Shown: positions 23,631-37,824, counted from the whole stretch's first letter. The stretch: DNA of 63,487 nt, filler included, from Choristocarpus tenellus KU-1152 (GCA_964200185.2; 7 parts of 7 records of this genome joined end to end with filler, not necessarily neighbours in it), one strand, 5' to 3'. Notes: generated by a model from the sequence alone, not told the origin. Numbers and translations are program-made.

Positions 23631-26600
23631 AGTACAATTAACATCGACTTTCAAGGTTTCAGGACTCGGTTTGGGGAATTCTGCTTCAGTTCGTTCCTTA
23701 CCAAACCAGAGATAATCAAGATCATTGTACAGGTGATCCAACATGTTCGTAGTAGTAGGCTTTCTATTCAATTTGCTGAATCCATTTTTTGATAATTCTC
23801 TTTACCACACATTTGCTGATGTTTTGAGCACATGTATGGTGGCTTTTTTCCTTTCATAGTTCATCTCATGTTGCCCTTGAATTCCAGTTGGGAAATGGGA
23901 CTGTTTGCCTAGTAAGTATTTTGTCCTTCATATGTATTTTTCTGGTTTGATATTTCGCCACTGGTTATAATCCTTTGCTTCTGTATGCTGGGGATGGTGA
24001 ACGCTGGGTACTACGTGTTTCCTGTGTGATGCATCCACCACATGCTTGCAGGTTCGTACTGAATGCCTGAAGGTTCTGGGACTTAAGCTGTTCCACACCA
24101 TGCCAAAGACAGTTCGCCTGGAAGAGTTTGTTGCCCTCCAGAACCAAGGGACTTCCGCGGCAAGTTCGTATCTGAAAGAGCAGTGGGTAAACAGTACAGT
24201 GGGTTTCATCCGGCAGCACCTCAAGGATGTCAAGAAGGGGTGGTTCAACCTTGAAGAGGTGCCAAGAAGGCGTTAAGACTGTGAGGGGGGAAATTGAATG
24301 ATGCTTCAGAATATAACCATAAAACCAATAACTTCTTTCAATAACCATAGACCTAAGACCAAGAGACAGCTGACAATGTGTAGCTCCCAGGGGGACATGG
24401 AAAATGACTATCACAGGATTAGGGACTCATATATTCTGTGAAGGGGTGCTCAAATAGATTGGGCAAAGTTATGAGGGTAGGGCTGTGTCCGTTTGGGGGT
24501 ACTAAATCCAATGTTGCGATTTTGATTAATTTTGACTATTGTGCTTGTTAGCAAGTGTCAATATCCTTGTTCCTGACATACCTTTCATAGTTGTATGCAT
24601 TTCAGGAAAATATGTTGAAACAGAAAACCGAAAAAGGGCACAAGAAAAACCTGAGAAGCCAAGACCCAAACGGACAAACAGGGAAATATTACTTCCCTCT
24701 TAAATGCTTTGGGTCATTCCAAGCAAGGAACCCCGTATTCAATTTGTAGTGTGGCAACTTCCAAACTGTATACTTAACGTCCATCACACAGGGATACTGA
24801 CATTGTGAAGCCCTCCCTCACTCACATGATACTCTGTGCCCACTCTTGTGGTTTTGTGCAGACATCGAATGAGGTGTATGGCTTCAGCAAGTTGCGCAAC
24901 TTTCTCATGTATGTCAACTTCATCATGCAGGATACCTTGCAGTTTCTTGTGGAAGCGAGTCTTGACGAGTTTGTAAGGTCAGTCAATAATAGTTCAACAC
25001 AACAAGTGGGGTCTTGTGTGATGGTATCCGTGCTCATACATACATACAACTTCTTGCTAAGAGTCGGACCAGAAGCGTAAGAACAAAAAATAGGTCTTGC
25101 AGTGTTCAAGCGCAGCAACAAGCTTGATGCAGCAGTGCTTAAATATCAGTTTTGATCGATGATGATTTCATGCATGTTAGTATTCCCCTAACAGTAGTTT
25201 ACGCCCCCCTAGTCATGGCAGTTTTGTCTACTCCCAACTGTATCATAGTGGATCTTATTAAAGAACTGACGAGCACCAACATGTCGCCATGCTGCTTTCA
25301 GCTGTGATTCCAGTTTCAAGCACAAGTGCTTCATGGGGCTTCGCCATTGTCTACTTTCGAAATATCTTATAGAAGTGTGTGTTTTTCATATCCATTCACT
25401 ACTCCAAGAATGATGACATTAGCATATTTGAACTTTGAGTCAATATTCCTGTGCTTGTTGCTAGTGTTGAAATCAGCCTTTTATTCCCGAATATTCCAGA
25501 GCACTCTAGAGTATAACTACCACTCTGAACAGGCGCTATCAACTTCTCAGTGCTGGAATAACGCTGAGGCAACAGTCACATTATAGCTTCACTTTTCTCG
25601 GGTCAGATTTATCCTGCGGGCATGCTTGCATGTGGTCACTATAGAGGCATCCAACAGCGTCAGGGTACAAGCCCCATCCTCATCTACATCTGGGCAGAAT
25701 GCTCCCAAGGATAGCAGGAACACAGTACATAACATAAATGGGGGGGACAATGGAGAGATTGGGACAGAGAGTAAGGACGGGAAAGGTGAGGGACATACTT
25801 GTTGGATGGGTGAACAGCTGCACCCATTGCGTGCTCCACTCTTCATGGTGGATCTGGTTGTCATGGGAGAGAAGGGATCAGAGTATTTTGCCTACACCAT
25901 GAGACCAGAGGCTGTGAAGGAGGCAGCCCTTGTGGCTATGGATAAGGCTGTTGTATCAACACAGGTAAGAGTCAAATTATCTTAGAGGGTAGAGTCGCGT
26001 CCGCTTGGCGTCCAAAACCCAATGTTACGATTTTGATGTAATTTTGGCTATCGTGTTTGTTAAGAAGTGTCAATATCCTTGTTCTGGACATATACATGAT
26101 ACCTACTCCAAATGTCATTAAAAAAAGCTATGGGAAGCCAAGCCCCAAACGAACAAACAGGGCAAAACTCTTACCCTCTAAGATACTTTCACTCGTAAAG
26201 CTAATTTGTTCAAGTCTTAGGTGGAACAATAAAATAGGTTGAATACACCGGAGGCGGATAGAAGGAGCTCTGAAGAGATTGGGGATTCTTCTATTCACAC
26301 AACAGTTTCGTGAGGAGGGATGGATAGTATACACAGAGGGTTGTTCAGTTTTGTTCTGTACTGGTATTTAAGGGTAGTGTCTCCCCAAAGTTGATGATCA
26401 GGAGTGGCAGTTTCCGCAACAAATCCAGGACACTCCAGAACAGAAAGTCCTCAAGGAAGTGGATCTACGCCTCTTGCAAAGGTGCTTATCCACCTTTCCT
26501 CAATATTATAATACATCAGCAAATAAAATGTCCTTTCACATTTGCACTTCTTGCTTCTTTTGAAGAACATTGTTCGAATTGAGCGCAGAGTGATGAAGAA

Positions 26601-29561
26601 GTTATTTTGGTCTCATGACCCTGTCATGGCCAGTGTCTATACATCTGAGAGCTGGGTCCAACACTTCAGAGAAACGGTTTCGTTGGCTCTGGAACGGGCA
26701 GTGGTTCCTCTTGGCGAGTATGTTAGTACTCTGGACTCCTTTGTGGACCTCCTCAACCTTGATGGTGAGTCCTCATTAAGCTTCTGAACATTGTGTTTGG
26801 CCAACAACCAAGAAGGTTCTACATTTGACCATGTGGCATAATAACCTTGAACTAGGTGCAATGAAGTGTAGATTGTGCAGTCAACAGTGTTAAATTGCCC
26901 AGTCTTCAAACATCAGCTCAATGCCAAGACTCAGAGTGATAGCTGTTGAGACATGAAGACGACATTGCACATACTCATTCATTAACTATGTCAAGTTCTG
27001 ATTAAGTCAGGGGTGAGTGTTGTTATTCCTCTCCATCTTGAACATTACTCTGACATTATATATATGACATATAGGAACAAGTTTCATTCTGCATTAAACT
27101 CAGCCGCACTAAATCTTACTCATTGCACAAAATCTCGATCCGTGTTACGCATTCTCAGTGGATGAATACCTCTTGGAGACTGAGGCAACCATGACAATTG
27201 CTGAGACCGGTCTATTTCTGTTTGAGGATGCCCGAGAGCTGGCTCAGAGTCACATGGATCAAAAGGCTGCTGTGGAAGCACTTGTGCCAGAGTCCGTTTC
27301 ACTGGGGTTATTCGTGGTATGCTATATAAATGGCATGTCTCTGTGTTATCAATTTGCACAAATAATTGGATTGACAAGACCTTTTGTGTAGTCCAGGTAG
27401 TCATCGTATTTCTGTCTTATCTACTTCAAGTGATGAATAAAGTATCCATTTTGATGTTACCACTCTTTATCCTGGGCTCTACCAAAGTTTTTTATGGTTT
27501 CCTGATCATAGCGCGTAAGTCCACTTTAGAGGGTAGCCTCAAAAAACATCTGCATTTCACTATGCACGATTGCAGCATTATTAGTTATTCCTGACTGGAA
27601 GGCAAGAGCGAAAGCACATCAATGTAAAGGCTGCATCTCAGACATCACACAGTCCTATTCAAGTGCAACTACAATAGAGCCAGGGTTAGACCACAATAGT
27701 TTAATCCAAGATAGTGGTATCATAATTTACCCACTCACAAGCGACAAATGTCAGAACCAAGTTCATCACCATTCCCTACTATTATCTTGCAAGCAACTCT
27801 CGACCTTGCTGCTCTATCAGGTGAGTCTGGGAAAGATACGACAGCAGCTCACAGCAAAGCACCAGACTATTGCGGATCGCCTCCTGGCAGTGCTCGCTCG
27901 GAAGACAAAGGAGCAAGCTCAGGTCTGGAATACTCTAGGACGATTGGCGTCGGTGCAAACTTTCTTGAATCAATGTGGCTTGAGAAAGTTTCTTGAATCA
28001 ATGTGGCTTGAGAAAGTTATGCGTAGTTCAGGACTTCGCAATTATTTACTCTTTGGGTATTAAGCTTGCAACTTTGTTAACGTTGAGATCTACGTACCTT
28101 GAGAGTGAAAGTATCTTAGAGGGTACGAGTTTTTCCCTGTTTGTCCATTTGGGCCTTGGTTTCCCACGGGTTTCTAAAGACAGTTACCTCCTCCAAAATG
28201 TTTCGAAGTAGGTAAAATACCTACGTTACGAAAAGACGTGTCCAGAACAAGGATGTTGACATCTCCTAACAATCATGATAGTCAAAATTACATCAAAATT
28301 GCAACATTGGATTTTGGTCCCCAAATGAACGCAGCTCTACCCTCTGAGATACTTTGACTCTGAGGGAGGATAAAATCTCCAGGTCTAATCTCTCCCCCTG
28401 TTCATGTTCGATAGGGCACTGTTCATCGTTTTGAGAACATCTACCGCAGACTACACTCCCCTATTGCTAATATTGAGCAACTGACTGAGATGGAAGAGTA
28501 CATGGGCTCCATCAACAACAGGTGGCTTCAAGATACTGCTTTGAAGAATTGATATTATAGTCTTGTGACAGGGGACTAGATAGGCGTTTTAGATACATTA
28601 CACTCTGGATTATGTTCTTGAAAGAATGATGCAATAGGTAATTTGTGAATGTCAAAATGTTTTGATGTTACATCTTTGTCTCATCATTACTTCCATCTTT
28701 GACAGCCTGATCACAAAGATGCTTTTCCCAACAAGGCTATAGGTTCACAGCAGCATGCATGCCAGATGTACGATGACTGACTACTGATCACCATATGCAG
28801 CACAGATACGGTTACTATTTTGCAGAATAAGTAGCTAATTCCCTCAGGTTTTGAATATCTGCCCCCAAGGGTGGCACTTTAGTCTATATGCGTTGCCTTG
28901 AGTTGCCCCCTTCTTTGCGAAAATAGTATGAATGGTCACTCAGCAGGAATTTACTATTTCACTTGAACGGACCCTGGGCAGAGTTGCCGACCTCCAGGGC
29001 TGCATTGACACCACCACTATGGCCTTCGAAGTAGTTTCCAAAGCTCGGACAATGCTGGATGCGGGGACATCTTCTCTCCAATGGGAAGTTTTTGGATGGC
29101 CGCAAAAGGTGGGAGGGCCTGCATATTGATGGACCTACCCAGTGTTTTTTTCCTCTTGCATATCCACCGATTTATATCAAGTTTTGAACTCAAAGGTAGC
29201 TTTTGATTGGTTCTGTGAGGAAGATAAACTTTGTTGAAACATAAAGGAAGTTATATTTGTCTCCTTACATCTGATTTCAATGGGAGCTGCAAACAGGTGG
29301 TAGGAACAAAGAGTATCACTCCTGACAACATAATCTGTGTATATTTCCCGTACTGAATAACAAGAGCTTTCTGGGCTCTGAACAGTGCCCCAAAACCATA
29401 TTTGCTTCAAATGCCGGTTGGTTTGTTCTCTGCAAATTCAGATAGCCAAGAAAATACAGCTTCTAGAGACAAGTCTGGCGAAGCAAAAGCTCTTGTATAA
29501 GCAGGAGATGGAGGAGGAACAAACAGAGTATGTGGAGAGACTCAAGACCCTGCAGGATCAG
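23631..29561 (+). CDS. Axonemal inner-arm dynein heavy chain, DNAH1-like, N-terminal tail fragment (partial at both ends)
   Basis: Phase-consistent exons 23631-23732, 24052-24258, 24862-24977, 25607-25964, 26566-26764, 27159-27316, 27821-27922, 28415-28521, 28982-29108, 29442-29561. The sequence FSSFLTKPEII..VRTECLKV..LKDVKKGWFNLEETSNEVYGFSKLRNFL..MQDTLQFLVEASL..WEVFGWPQKI matches the DNAH1 tail as I recall it. Confidence 0.85.
24461..24715 (+). mobile_element. Degenerate MITE family A copy
   Basis: Internal motifs gagggtag, ccaatgttgcgatttt, gtcaatatccttgttc and ggacaaacaggg are shared with family A; termini are eroded. Confidence 0.75.
25969..26194 (+). mobile_element. MITE family A copy inserted 4 nt into a dynein intron; 4-bp TSD GTAA
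   Basis: cag|gtaa-GAGTCAAATTATCTTAGAGGGTA...TACCCTCTAAGATACTTTCACTC-gtaa; shorter than other copies (internal deletion). Confidence 0.9.
27961..28016. repeat. Perfect 28-bp tandem duplication in a dynein intron
   Basis: tttcttgaatcaatgtggcttgagaaag occurs twice in tandem. Confidence 0.9.
28103..28360 (-). mobile_element. MITE family A copy, 3-bp TSD TGA
   Basis: tga-GAGTGAAAGTATCTTAGAGGGTA...TACCCTCTGAGATACTTTGACTC-tga. Confidence 0.9.
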
Positions 29562-30276
29562 GTATGATTCCAAATATATATAATAATCAACACATTTTTT
29601 CTGCTAGGATATGCTTTGCTGACAAAGTACAATTGGTATCATCTCTCCAGCCTAAAGGCTGGACAAAGTCTACACACTGCTTCACATGTCCTTTATGGAG
29701 TCCACAATACTCTGATGCTACTACTTCATTGCAACTGCATTATACACTCAGTGACACGGAATAGGGGGAACTTGTGCCCTAGTCATGTGCCATTGTCACA
29801 GCTCCTCTCCCCATGCAAAAAATTAACTCAGGCTGTCACGTTCTTGTCCACTGATTCCTGGGGAGGATAAAGTGGTCACAAGGCCTAGGAGATGTTTATT
29901 CTTCTCATTGTAGCTTTCCTTACTCGTTCTCAACCAGCACCTTTTGCTTGAGTTGACCTGACACAATGCTGCACGTACGAACCAAGGGGAACCCGTCCAT
30001 GATGTGATGAGAACATGATCCGAAGTATCTGGGAGGGGGGNNNNNNNNNNNNNNNNNNNNNNNNNNNNNNNNNNNNNNNNNNNNTTAATTAATTAANNNN
30101 NNNNNNNNNNNNNNNNNNNNNNNNNNNNNNNNNNNNNNNNGTTTCCCCCCTGACAAATCTGCAAAATGTCTGAGTGCATAATAATAAAATAATAGTATTA
30201 ATATTATATTATTATGCCCTCTATTATTATTAATAGTACAAAATAGGCACGGGATTAGTCCTAACGTCGATCAAAC

Positions 30277-30390
30277 GTATGTATGTATGTATATATGTAT
30301 GTATGTATTTATGTATTATGTACGTATGTATGTATGTATTTATGTATTTATGTATTATGTACGTATGTATGTATGTATGTATTATGTACA
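30277..30390. repeat. (TATG)n microsatellite in an AT-rich non-coding region
   Basis: Imperfect gtatgtatgtat tract seen directly. Confidence 0.85.
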
Positions 30391-33300
30391 TTGAAGTATT
30401 CGTCGCAACGCATTTAATAAGTGCCTGTTGTGTAAGTAGTTAGTACTATACGTTAGTAGTACGAATACTTCCTAACAGGCATATATATATATATATGTTG
30501 GTAATAAAACACACTTCGAAGTATTCTTAATGCTTCCTACTATTACTACCACTATATACTGCCTCTTCTACACGATTTTCAAAAACCATTGGTCGTTGTT
30601 GGTGCTAGATATGTTATCGGTCATTTTATATCAGCCACATTGTACTTATTCCTTCTTCATTTATATTATACACATTATATATGTATTACATGTCTTTCTA
30701 CTCTTAAGTGTTACGACTACTATTACTACTACTACTACTACTACTATCACTAACCACTACTTCTTCTGGAGCAGCAGCAGTAACTGTTCGTGCCCTTTTT
30801 TTCCAATGCCATATACTCCAGACTATTTCATTCTTCAATACTGACCCAAAGTAATCGAAAGGTACCCGGGTTTTGACAGTTTTGCATTCTTAAGCAACCC
30901 CTTTAATCTTTTGCGATTTACACTTATTTCTATGATTGAAGTGCGAAGATTGACTTGAGAGCGTTCATTTATCTATTGTTTGAAACTTATTTGAAACTTT
31001 TGAACAGAATCCGAAGTCCCCATACGCATTTGTACGAAAAGTCTTGCATATTTGTCAGCATCGTTAAGAATGCAACACTAGGCTCCCCTCCTCTACTTCG
31101 GCTCACTATTATGATGAACAGTATCATGTTGTGGTATCATCAAACCCATTGCTACTTGTTGTTGCTCCAGTAGTAGTAATATCATCAGGAGAAGGTGTTT
31201 TTAATAGGTTGTGTATGACCAACAAATGACCTCACCATAATGGTAGTAACACCGAGGCAAATTAAACGAGAAGCATGGAGGTTTTGGTCGTTTACTACAT
31301 TCATTATTGGCACCTTTTTCATCATTAACAATTCGCCTTATTTCTATGATGGATGAAGCGCTAAGTTTGACTTGAGAGCGTTGATTTCTTTGTTCTTGAA
31401 AGTTTTCGACAGAATTCAGCGAAGTCCCTACGCGCATTTGTCACCATCCTTAAAATGCAACCCTGAGTATCTCTCGCTTACTTACTGCACCACACTTGCT
31501 TCCCCACAAACTTTTTAAAAAATGGCAGAAAAAGCTCACATATCCTCTATCAAGTCCTCGAAAATGCAACACAAGAAATGTACACATGCAAAACACCATG
31601 CCAGATTGAATCTTGTTGGCATGGGTCCTCAGTAGTGACAAACCTTATCACCCACAGAAAATGCGATATTATTCCACATGAAAAAATGTGTAGTCCCTTC
31701 GAATTTCAGTGTTCGAAGAATCTGTCCTCATCTTTATGGTTTTATTATTTTTTAATATTTGAATATAGTTCGAAGTAAGTGTGTATAGCGACTGCCCACT
31801 TATCTATCAAATAAATGAAAGACTTGAGTACCCCATGTTCATACCAAACAAAACCTTAAATGAAAACTAGTGGTTGAATGTGAGCATACAAATCATATAG
31901 AGAGGTAGCTACGAAACACTATCTGCGACCATTGTGAATATGCAATCCTATGTCAGTCCCTAATGAACTAGAAGAGCTCCGCACACTGCGTTGTACTCCG
32001 GTGTACAAGAAAAAACTATCACAAAACAACCTCAATCTGCGATCTCCCTTCACCCCCCAAACCCTCCCTCGTTTCCACACAAGTACTCAACATGTGCATT
32101 CCTTTCTTCGATTGATCTTGCTACATGCACAGGGCGGCTACAACTAACCACGACAACTTCTGTTCCGCCTGGATTTGCGATGGCATGTTATCGCTAATCC
32201 AGGACAAAAAACGTGCATGTCTGGGCCACCAAGGAAAGAGACAGGAATCATACCAGAAGTTCCATGATGGGCACATTCATGCAGAGCTGAGAAAGGGGAC
32301 ACTACAAGTACACCATGCAAGTCAATCTCTCAACAACAAGACTCATCACGGTAGCTTCATCCCCTTCCATTTTGCACAAGATACGCTAAAAGAATGAACT
32401 ATGAACCATAGGCTGAGACAGGAAACGGCAGATCATAAGGGGTGCAAAAGCAGTTCAAATCGATCCCACCATTTCCTGTCTGTAATCGCCTACAAAAACG
32501 GTACAGGGGAGAAACGAGCAAGTCTGCTAATGACATCTAATGTCTAATCCTAAGGACAGATTACTATCTCCCATTCTCATCGGTTCCAGTCACAAGTCAC
32601 GAAAAATGGATCTGAGCTTAGGTCAGACCAAAATGCAGATACTGAATACTACACAGTAGAAACTGATTCCACTCTCACGCACAACCAGTGCGAATTCAAT
32701 AAAACTCCCCCTCCCTCACTTATGACTACGATAGCAGCCTTGTAGCACAAAGCTATTCAATCACCCTCTGATATAGCACTGTGTAGCCAAAGACACACTG
32801 CAACTTTGTCTGTTGTAGTGATGCCTTAAAACGCAATGACCCTCTACAAAAAATCCCACCCAACCCACCTCTGGACATTTTTCCACCCTTACACATTGTT
32901 CTCCCCTGACCGATTACTCTCTCCCCTGCAAGTCAATCACATAGCCTCCCTTGCTCCTATGATCCCTCATCCCTCACAAGTTGCACTTCCTTGTCACCAC
33001 AACATGCCTGTGTGACATCAACTCACTTTGCTACGTGCTAACACAATCGTTCAGACATTGAATAAAGTCATCAAAGAACACTACAGGCCTTCACATTACC
33101 ATACTAATGCTAATCCCCTGCACTGCACTGTGTCCCTGCTCAGGAAGCAGAAAATCGGCTCAAGTGCGGCCATGTACCCTACACAAGCATGTTATCCCAA
33201 ACAGTGATCAACTTTCTTTGACACCTCATGGGTGTGTGATATATTGTCTGTGTTTGTGCATGGTACATGTCCACATCAAGCCAAAGCTGCATCATAATTG

Positions 33301-34546
33301 ACCCTTTCAATCGACTCATTCCAAAATCAAGCCACAAAAATTCCAAGCTTCCAAGGGTTGAATTCAAAAATCTGAAATATATATATATATATATATACCA
33401 TCTAACTCTTTCTGGTCAGCCCAAGTCCTTTGCCGTGGCCTTTCAATTCCAGTCCCTCCCCACCTCAGCCGCCACCAAAATATGTCACTGGTGCACCACC
33501 CCCACCCCCCCTCACCTCCCCTCTCCCTTCACCATTTCTTGGTGATGGGTAGGGGGATCGGTTTGCACAAGTGAGCACACACAGAATTGAAGGGGGAGGC
33601 AGTGAGACAGTGAAAAGAGAGCACTACCTAGTTGAACCTAGATGGACGGAAAATAATGGAACAAAAAATCATTTCCTCTCCCTACTCCAAATCTGACTCA
33701 TTCCTCAGTGGTTGAGGAAAAATGGCAGCACTGCATTAAGCAAAGCTGCCCAAGCACCATCTTCTACGCAAGTACCTCTACCTGTGCCAACTCAATTCCT
33801 CAAACTCGTAAGTACCAATCATTGCTACCACCTCACAGTTTCGAAACCCAGTGCCTGCGGCTACAGTAGGGTCAAGACTACACTGATCAGCACCAGAAGC
33901 AATTTGCCCTTCCATCCACCCCATCCCTTCTTCACCTGCCCCATCCCTCCCCACATGATGCAACACCTAAATGCCCTCACCAAGGACACAATAAAACTTC
34001 CCATAAAAAATGACCAAGTCTCTACTCCTTCAGCAAGGTTAAAGAATGAGAGCTGGCACGAGCCCACACCCACAACTTAGACCTCCCTTCCAGCCCTGTT
34101 CACAAAACACATCTATACAAATGCAAAAAATAGTGCAGAGCTATGCCAAAAAAACTACAAAACCCAAAGAGATCATCTCCTCACCTGCGGACATGACCAA
34201 CTCATGATATTCATAGCAGACACAGAATAAACAAGGAGCCTAGCCTCCACAAGACCTCATTTGTCCTGTGCCAAGTACCCAAGACCCAATTCCTATCCCC
34301 AAGCACTATACTGTGCCCAGTCTCCTCGAGTCTAGCTCTAACAATATAAAATGTTCCTACTTCACGTAGTTGCCTCCAGGCCCCCCTAGTGCCACAAATC
34401 ATGCTATACCTCCTGTGCTTTCCCTTCCTATACCTCCAAAGTAAGGGTTTCTTGTCCTCAACCATATAGACACTTATGGCTACACAAGGTGATACTACTC
34501 CTAGAGGCCTTCTACACTCCTAGTCCCCTCCCCCTCGTCTCCATCA

Positions 34547-36525
34547 TTACATTGAAGGTTCAGCAGACCTTCCCAAAACGTGCACCACTGTCTCTGGATC
34601 GGTATTATCAAAGTACGGGTGACGCAATGCCCTGCCACATGAGGGTCTCTGGCTTGGATCAGACACAAGGATCTGGTTCAGGAGGTCTGCCCCACAAGCA
34701 TCCATGTTGGGGACGTGTTTCCTTATGTCTTGTGGAGGAAACCTATGGTGATATCACGGAAAAGCAAACAGAAGTAGGGGGTATCTGGTGCTGGTTGTAA
34801 GGGCTGGTAAGGGTGAGCAAGCAGGGCCAACAATAGATCTTTGAAAATACAGTGACAGAAGGGACGCCACCTCTAAAGATTGCCTGGGAGGACCATGATT
34901 GACAGGGTACTAATGGGACCTATCTGAGAAAAGTTCATACCATTAGAGCTCAATGCTCTGTATGTACTGTTCCATTTGCAGCAATGTTTCCAAATTGACA
35001 AAAGAAAAAGGAAGAAGTGAGTAGCTCACTAAAGCAAAGTAAGACAAATGTTCCCCAGTTCCTTTCCATGAGATCACTTCAATCCTCAGGTGGTAGTGTA
35101 CTGGAGTCAAGTCAAAGCAAATAGGTGGGTTGACCCATTCATACTATGGCAGCAACATGCATGGAATGAGGGGGTGAGGTTGATTGAAGTTCCATGATCA
35201 GTAGTATGGGGTAGCAAGATTGAATCCCATCCATCTTCTTATTATTGCCCCAATATATATATATATATATTTTTTTTTCTTGATGCAAGGATACTCACTC
35301 AAGGGTGGATCGCGGACAGTGTGTTAAAGCAGGAGTTCAGCTAACACACTTGTTGCCATGATACACGACCATAGCCTAAACACTCAGCGGTTGGTTGACT
35401 GTGAAAATCTCGGGTGGGCGTCTTACATAATACTCTTCCATAAGGTAGGTGTGTATCCCACGAGTATGCAAAAGACTGTCAGCCTATATCGCACAACGAG
35501 TTCATCAGACCTCGCCTGTTATCAACCCTCTCGGTCCCATTCCTCAATCCAACAGTAACAAAGACAAGTGCTCCTCTAGTATTGGAGTACTTACTGCAAA
35601 GTATAAAAACTAAGTTGCGCAGTGAATCGTAACAACTGAATTGACACAATTTCCACGATCAAATAACAATCAACCCCGAAAAAAAAAATATATATATATA
35701 TATATTTTGCTCCAATTGTTTGCACTTCCATTTTGTGTCTAACCCTAATCAGTACTTTACGCATACTTCGACACCAACCCTTGTCGACTACAACACACTT
35801 CAGAGAGTACACATAGAAAAGCTTCACAGTCGATAAAATGCACACTCACACACAATAAAGCCTTCCATAATACAACAAAAATATCGAACAAACCAAAGCA
35901 GACAAAAGCAACAGAGCCATCACCAATGGAAAAAAAAAAAAACGAAAGAAGAGGGACCGTACAGGGAGGACAAAAATCAATCTCACAAGGCAAGATATAT
36001 TGGGTAACGGCAAGAGTGAAAGTATCTTAGAAGGTACGAGTCTTGACCTGTTTGTCTATATTTGGGGCTTGACTTCCTATGGTTTTTTAATGACATTTTC
36101 CTACTCTGAAATGTTTCGGAGTAAGCAAAAGGTATACCTTATGAAAAGGTGTGTTCGGAACAAGGATACTGACACTTCCTAACAATCACAATAGCCATAA
36201 TTATATCAAAATCACAATATTGGATTTTGACCCCAAATGGACGCGAGTCTACCCTCCAAGATACTTTGACTCCAATGTCCATTCACGGACATTGTTGGGC
36301 CAAAAAGGATTGCATCTGTAAAATAACTTTAACACATTGTCGTATCAAACTCATAATACCCTTACGACCACAACATGGCCTTCCTGTTACCTTGGGAAGG
36401 AGGGCGAGTAATTGGTGAGGGAGGTCACTCCTGGCCAGACGGCCTCTGTAGGCGTGCCCAGTGCCTGAAATATCTTGAAGAGTTGGTCGATCTCAGACCC
36501 ACCTCGGAAGAAGACCTCCAGATTG
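34547..36525 (-). CDS. Cyclin-dependent kinase (CDK1/2, CDKA/B-like), last two exons; 5' exons not found in this contig
   Basis: Exon 36525-36391 reads [44 protein letters not shown]. It joins in phase 2 to exon 34742-34547: [46 protein letters not shown]...*. Both are classic CDK C-lobe motifs, and neither is in the ORF track. Confidence 0.88.
36014..36272 (-). mobile_element. MITE family A copy, 3-bp TSD CAA (in the CDK intron)
   Basis: caa-GAGTGAAAGTATCTTAGAAGGTA...TACCCTCCAAGATACTTTGACTC-caa. Confidence 0.9.
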
Positions 36526-37108
36526 CTGTCAACACCAAGGTTACATGAAGTATGGTTACTGTTGGTGACTGGAGTATACTTTCGTACTCAAACAAAGAGT
36601 AGGAGATGGGGGTCAAAAGTAACAGTTACAGCTGGTCTTTCAGCAAAATGGCAATGACCGCATGGACTTTCAGGCAAGATCTACGCTTGAACACTGTTGG
36701 GACATAGAGGTTCAGTGAACAGTATTGAATTGAGGTTGTCCGGATACAATAAACTGTAACCTGAAACAGTAGTCAAACGACTAAATCCGGTATGTTATGC
36801 TAGGGGTCTTGGAACATTCAGCAGAATAGGCCGGAAATAACTCTGGAGCTGTGAACGTTGATGGTATCGATGAAGGTCAAGCAACCCTACCTCAGGTAAC
36901 CTGCTCACATGCTTACAACACGTGGCTGGGGAATAACTACTCTTACTCAAAGGAAAGGGGGAACCTAACTTGGGCATCAATTCACTCAATAACACCCCTG
37001 TAGGTTCCAAGCAAGTGGTTGACCCACCATATTGGGCACGAAGATAGTCTCAGTTACTGTATTGTCCTTCACATGCGAGAGAGATAGTGTGGCCACAGCA
37101 CTGAAGTA

Positions 37109-37383
37109 ACCCAAAACATTTAAGAGGGTAGAAGGTTTTTGGCCCTATTTGTCCGTTCGGTGCTCGGCGTCCCACCTCTTTTTATGCCAATATTCAGTTT
37201 TCTGTGTGAACACAGTTATGTTTTGGAGTAGTTAAAAATGTATACGACTATGAAAGGGCGTGTCCAGAAGCAAGGATATTGACATTTGCTAACAAACCCA
37301 ACACCCAAAATTCATCAAAATCACAACATTGGATTTATGACCTCAAACGGATACAGCCCTACCCATTTAAAATGCTTTGGGTC
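37109..37383 (-). mobile_element. Degenerate MITE family A copy
   Basis: Termini cccaaaacatttaagagggta...tacccatttaaaatgctttgggtc; internal caaggatattgaca and caacattggattt motifs. Confidence 0.72.
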
Positions 37384-37567
37384 AGTGTGTTTCTGGGACA
37401 AAGGCTGTCTACACCAACCTTCTAGAGCTCTGTAGCTGTCTCCTGGGAGCGTTCTAGATGCGCTTCAGTAGGAACTTGAAAAGGTTGAGAGACTCAAAAA
37501 CTTATGTTTACATTCTGTTTAAACCGGCTAGCTCAGGAATCCTGCAGTATTAGTTAAATGTCGCTAT

Positions 37568-37824
37568 GTGCCAAAGTATCTTAGAGGGAGAGCCGTGTCC
37601 ATTTGGGGGCCAAAATCCAATGTTGCGATTTGATGTAATTTTGGTTATCATTTTTGTTAGGAGATGTCAATATCTTTGTTCCGGACACTCCCTTCCATAA
37701 CGTGTACATTTTACCTACTCAGAAATATTTCAGAGAAGCTAAAATGGCATTAAAAACCTGTGGGCAGTTAAGCCTCAAATGGGCAAACAAGGCAAAACTC
37801 GTACCCTCTAAGATACTTTCACTC
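37568..37824 (+). mobile_element. MITE family A copy, 3-bp TSD TAT
   Basis: tat-GTGCCAAAGTATCTTAGAGGG...TACCCTCTAAGATACTTTCACTC-tat. Confidence 0.9.
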
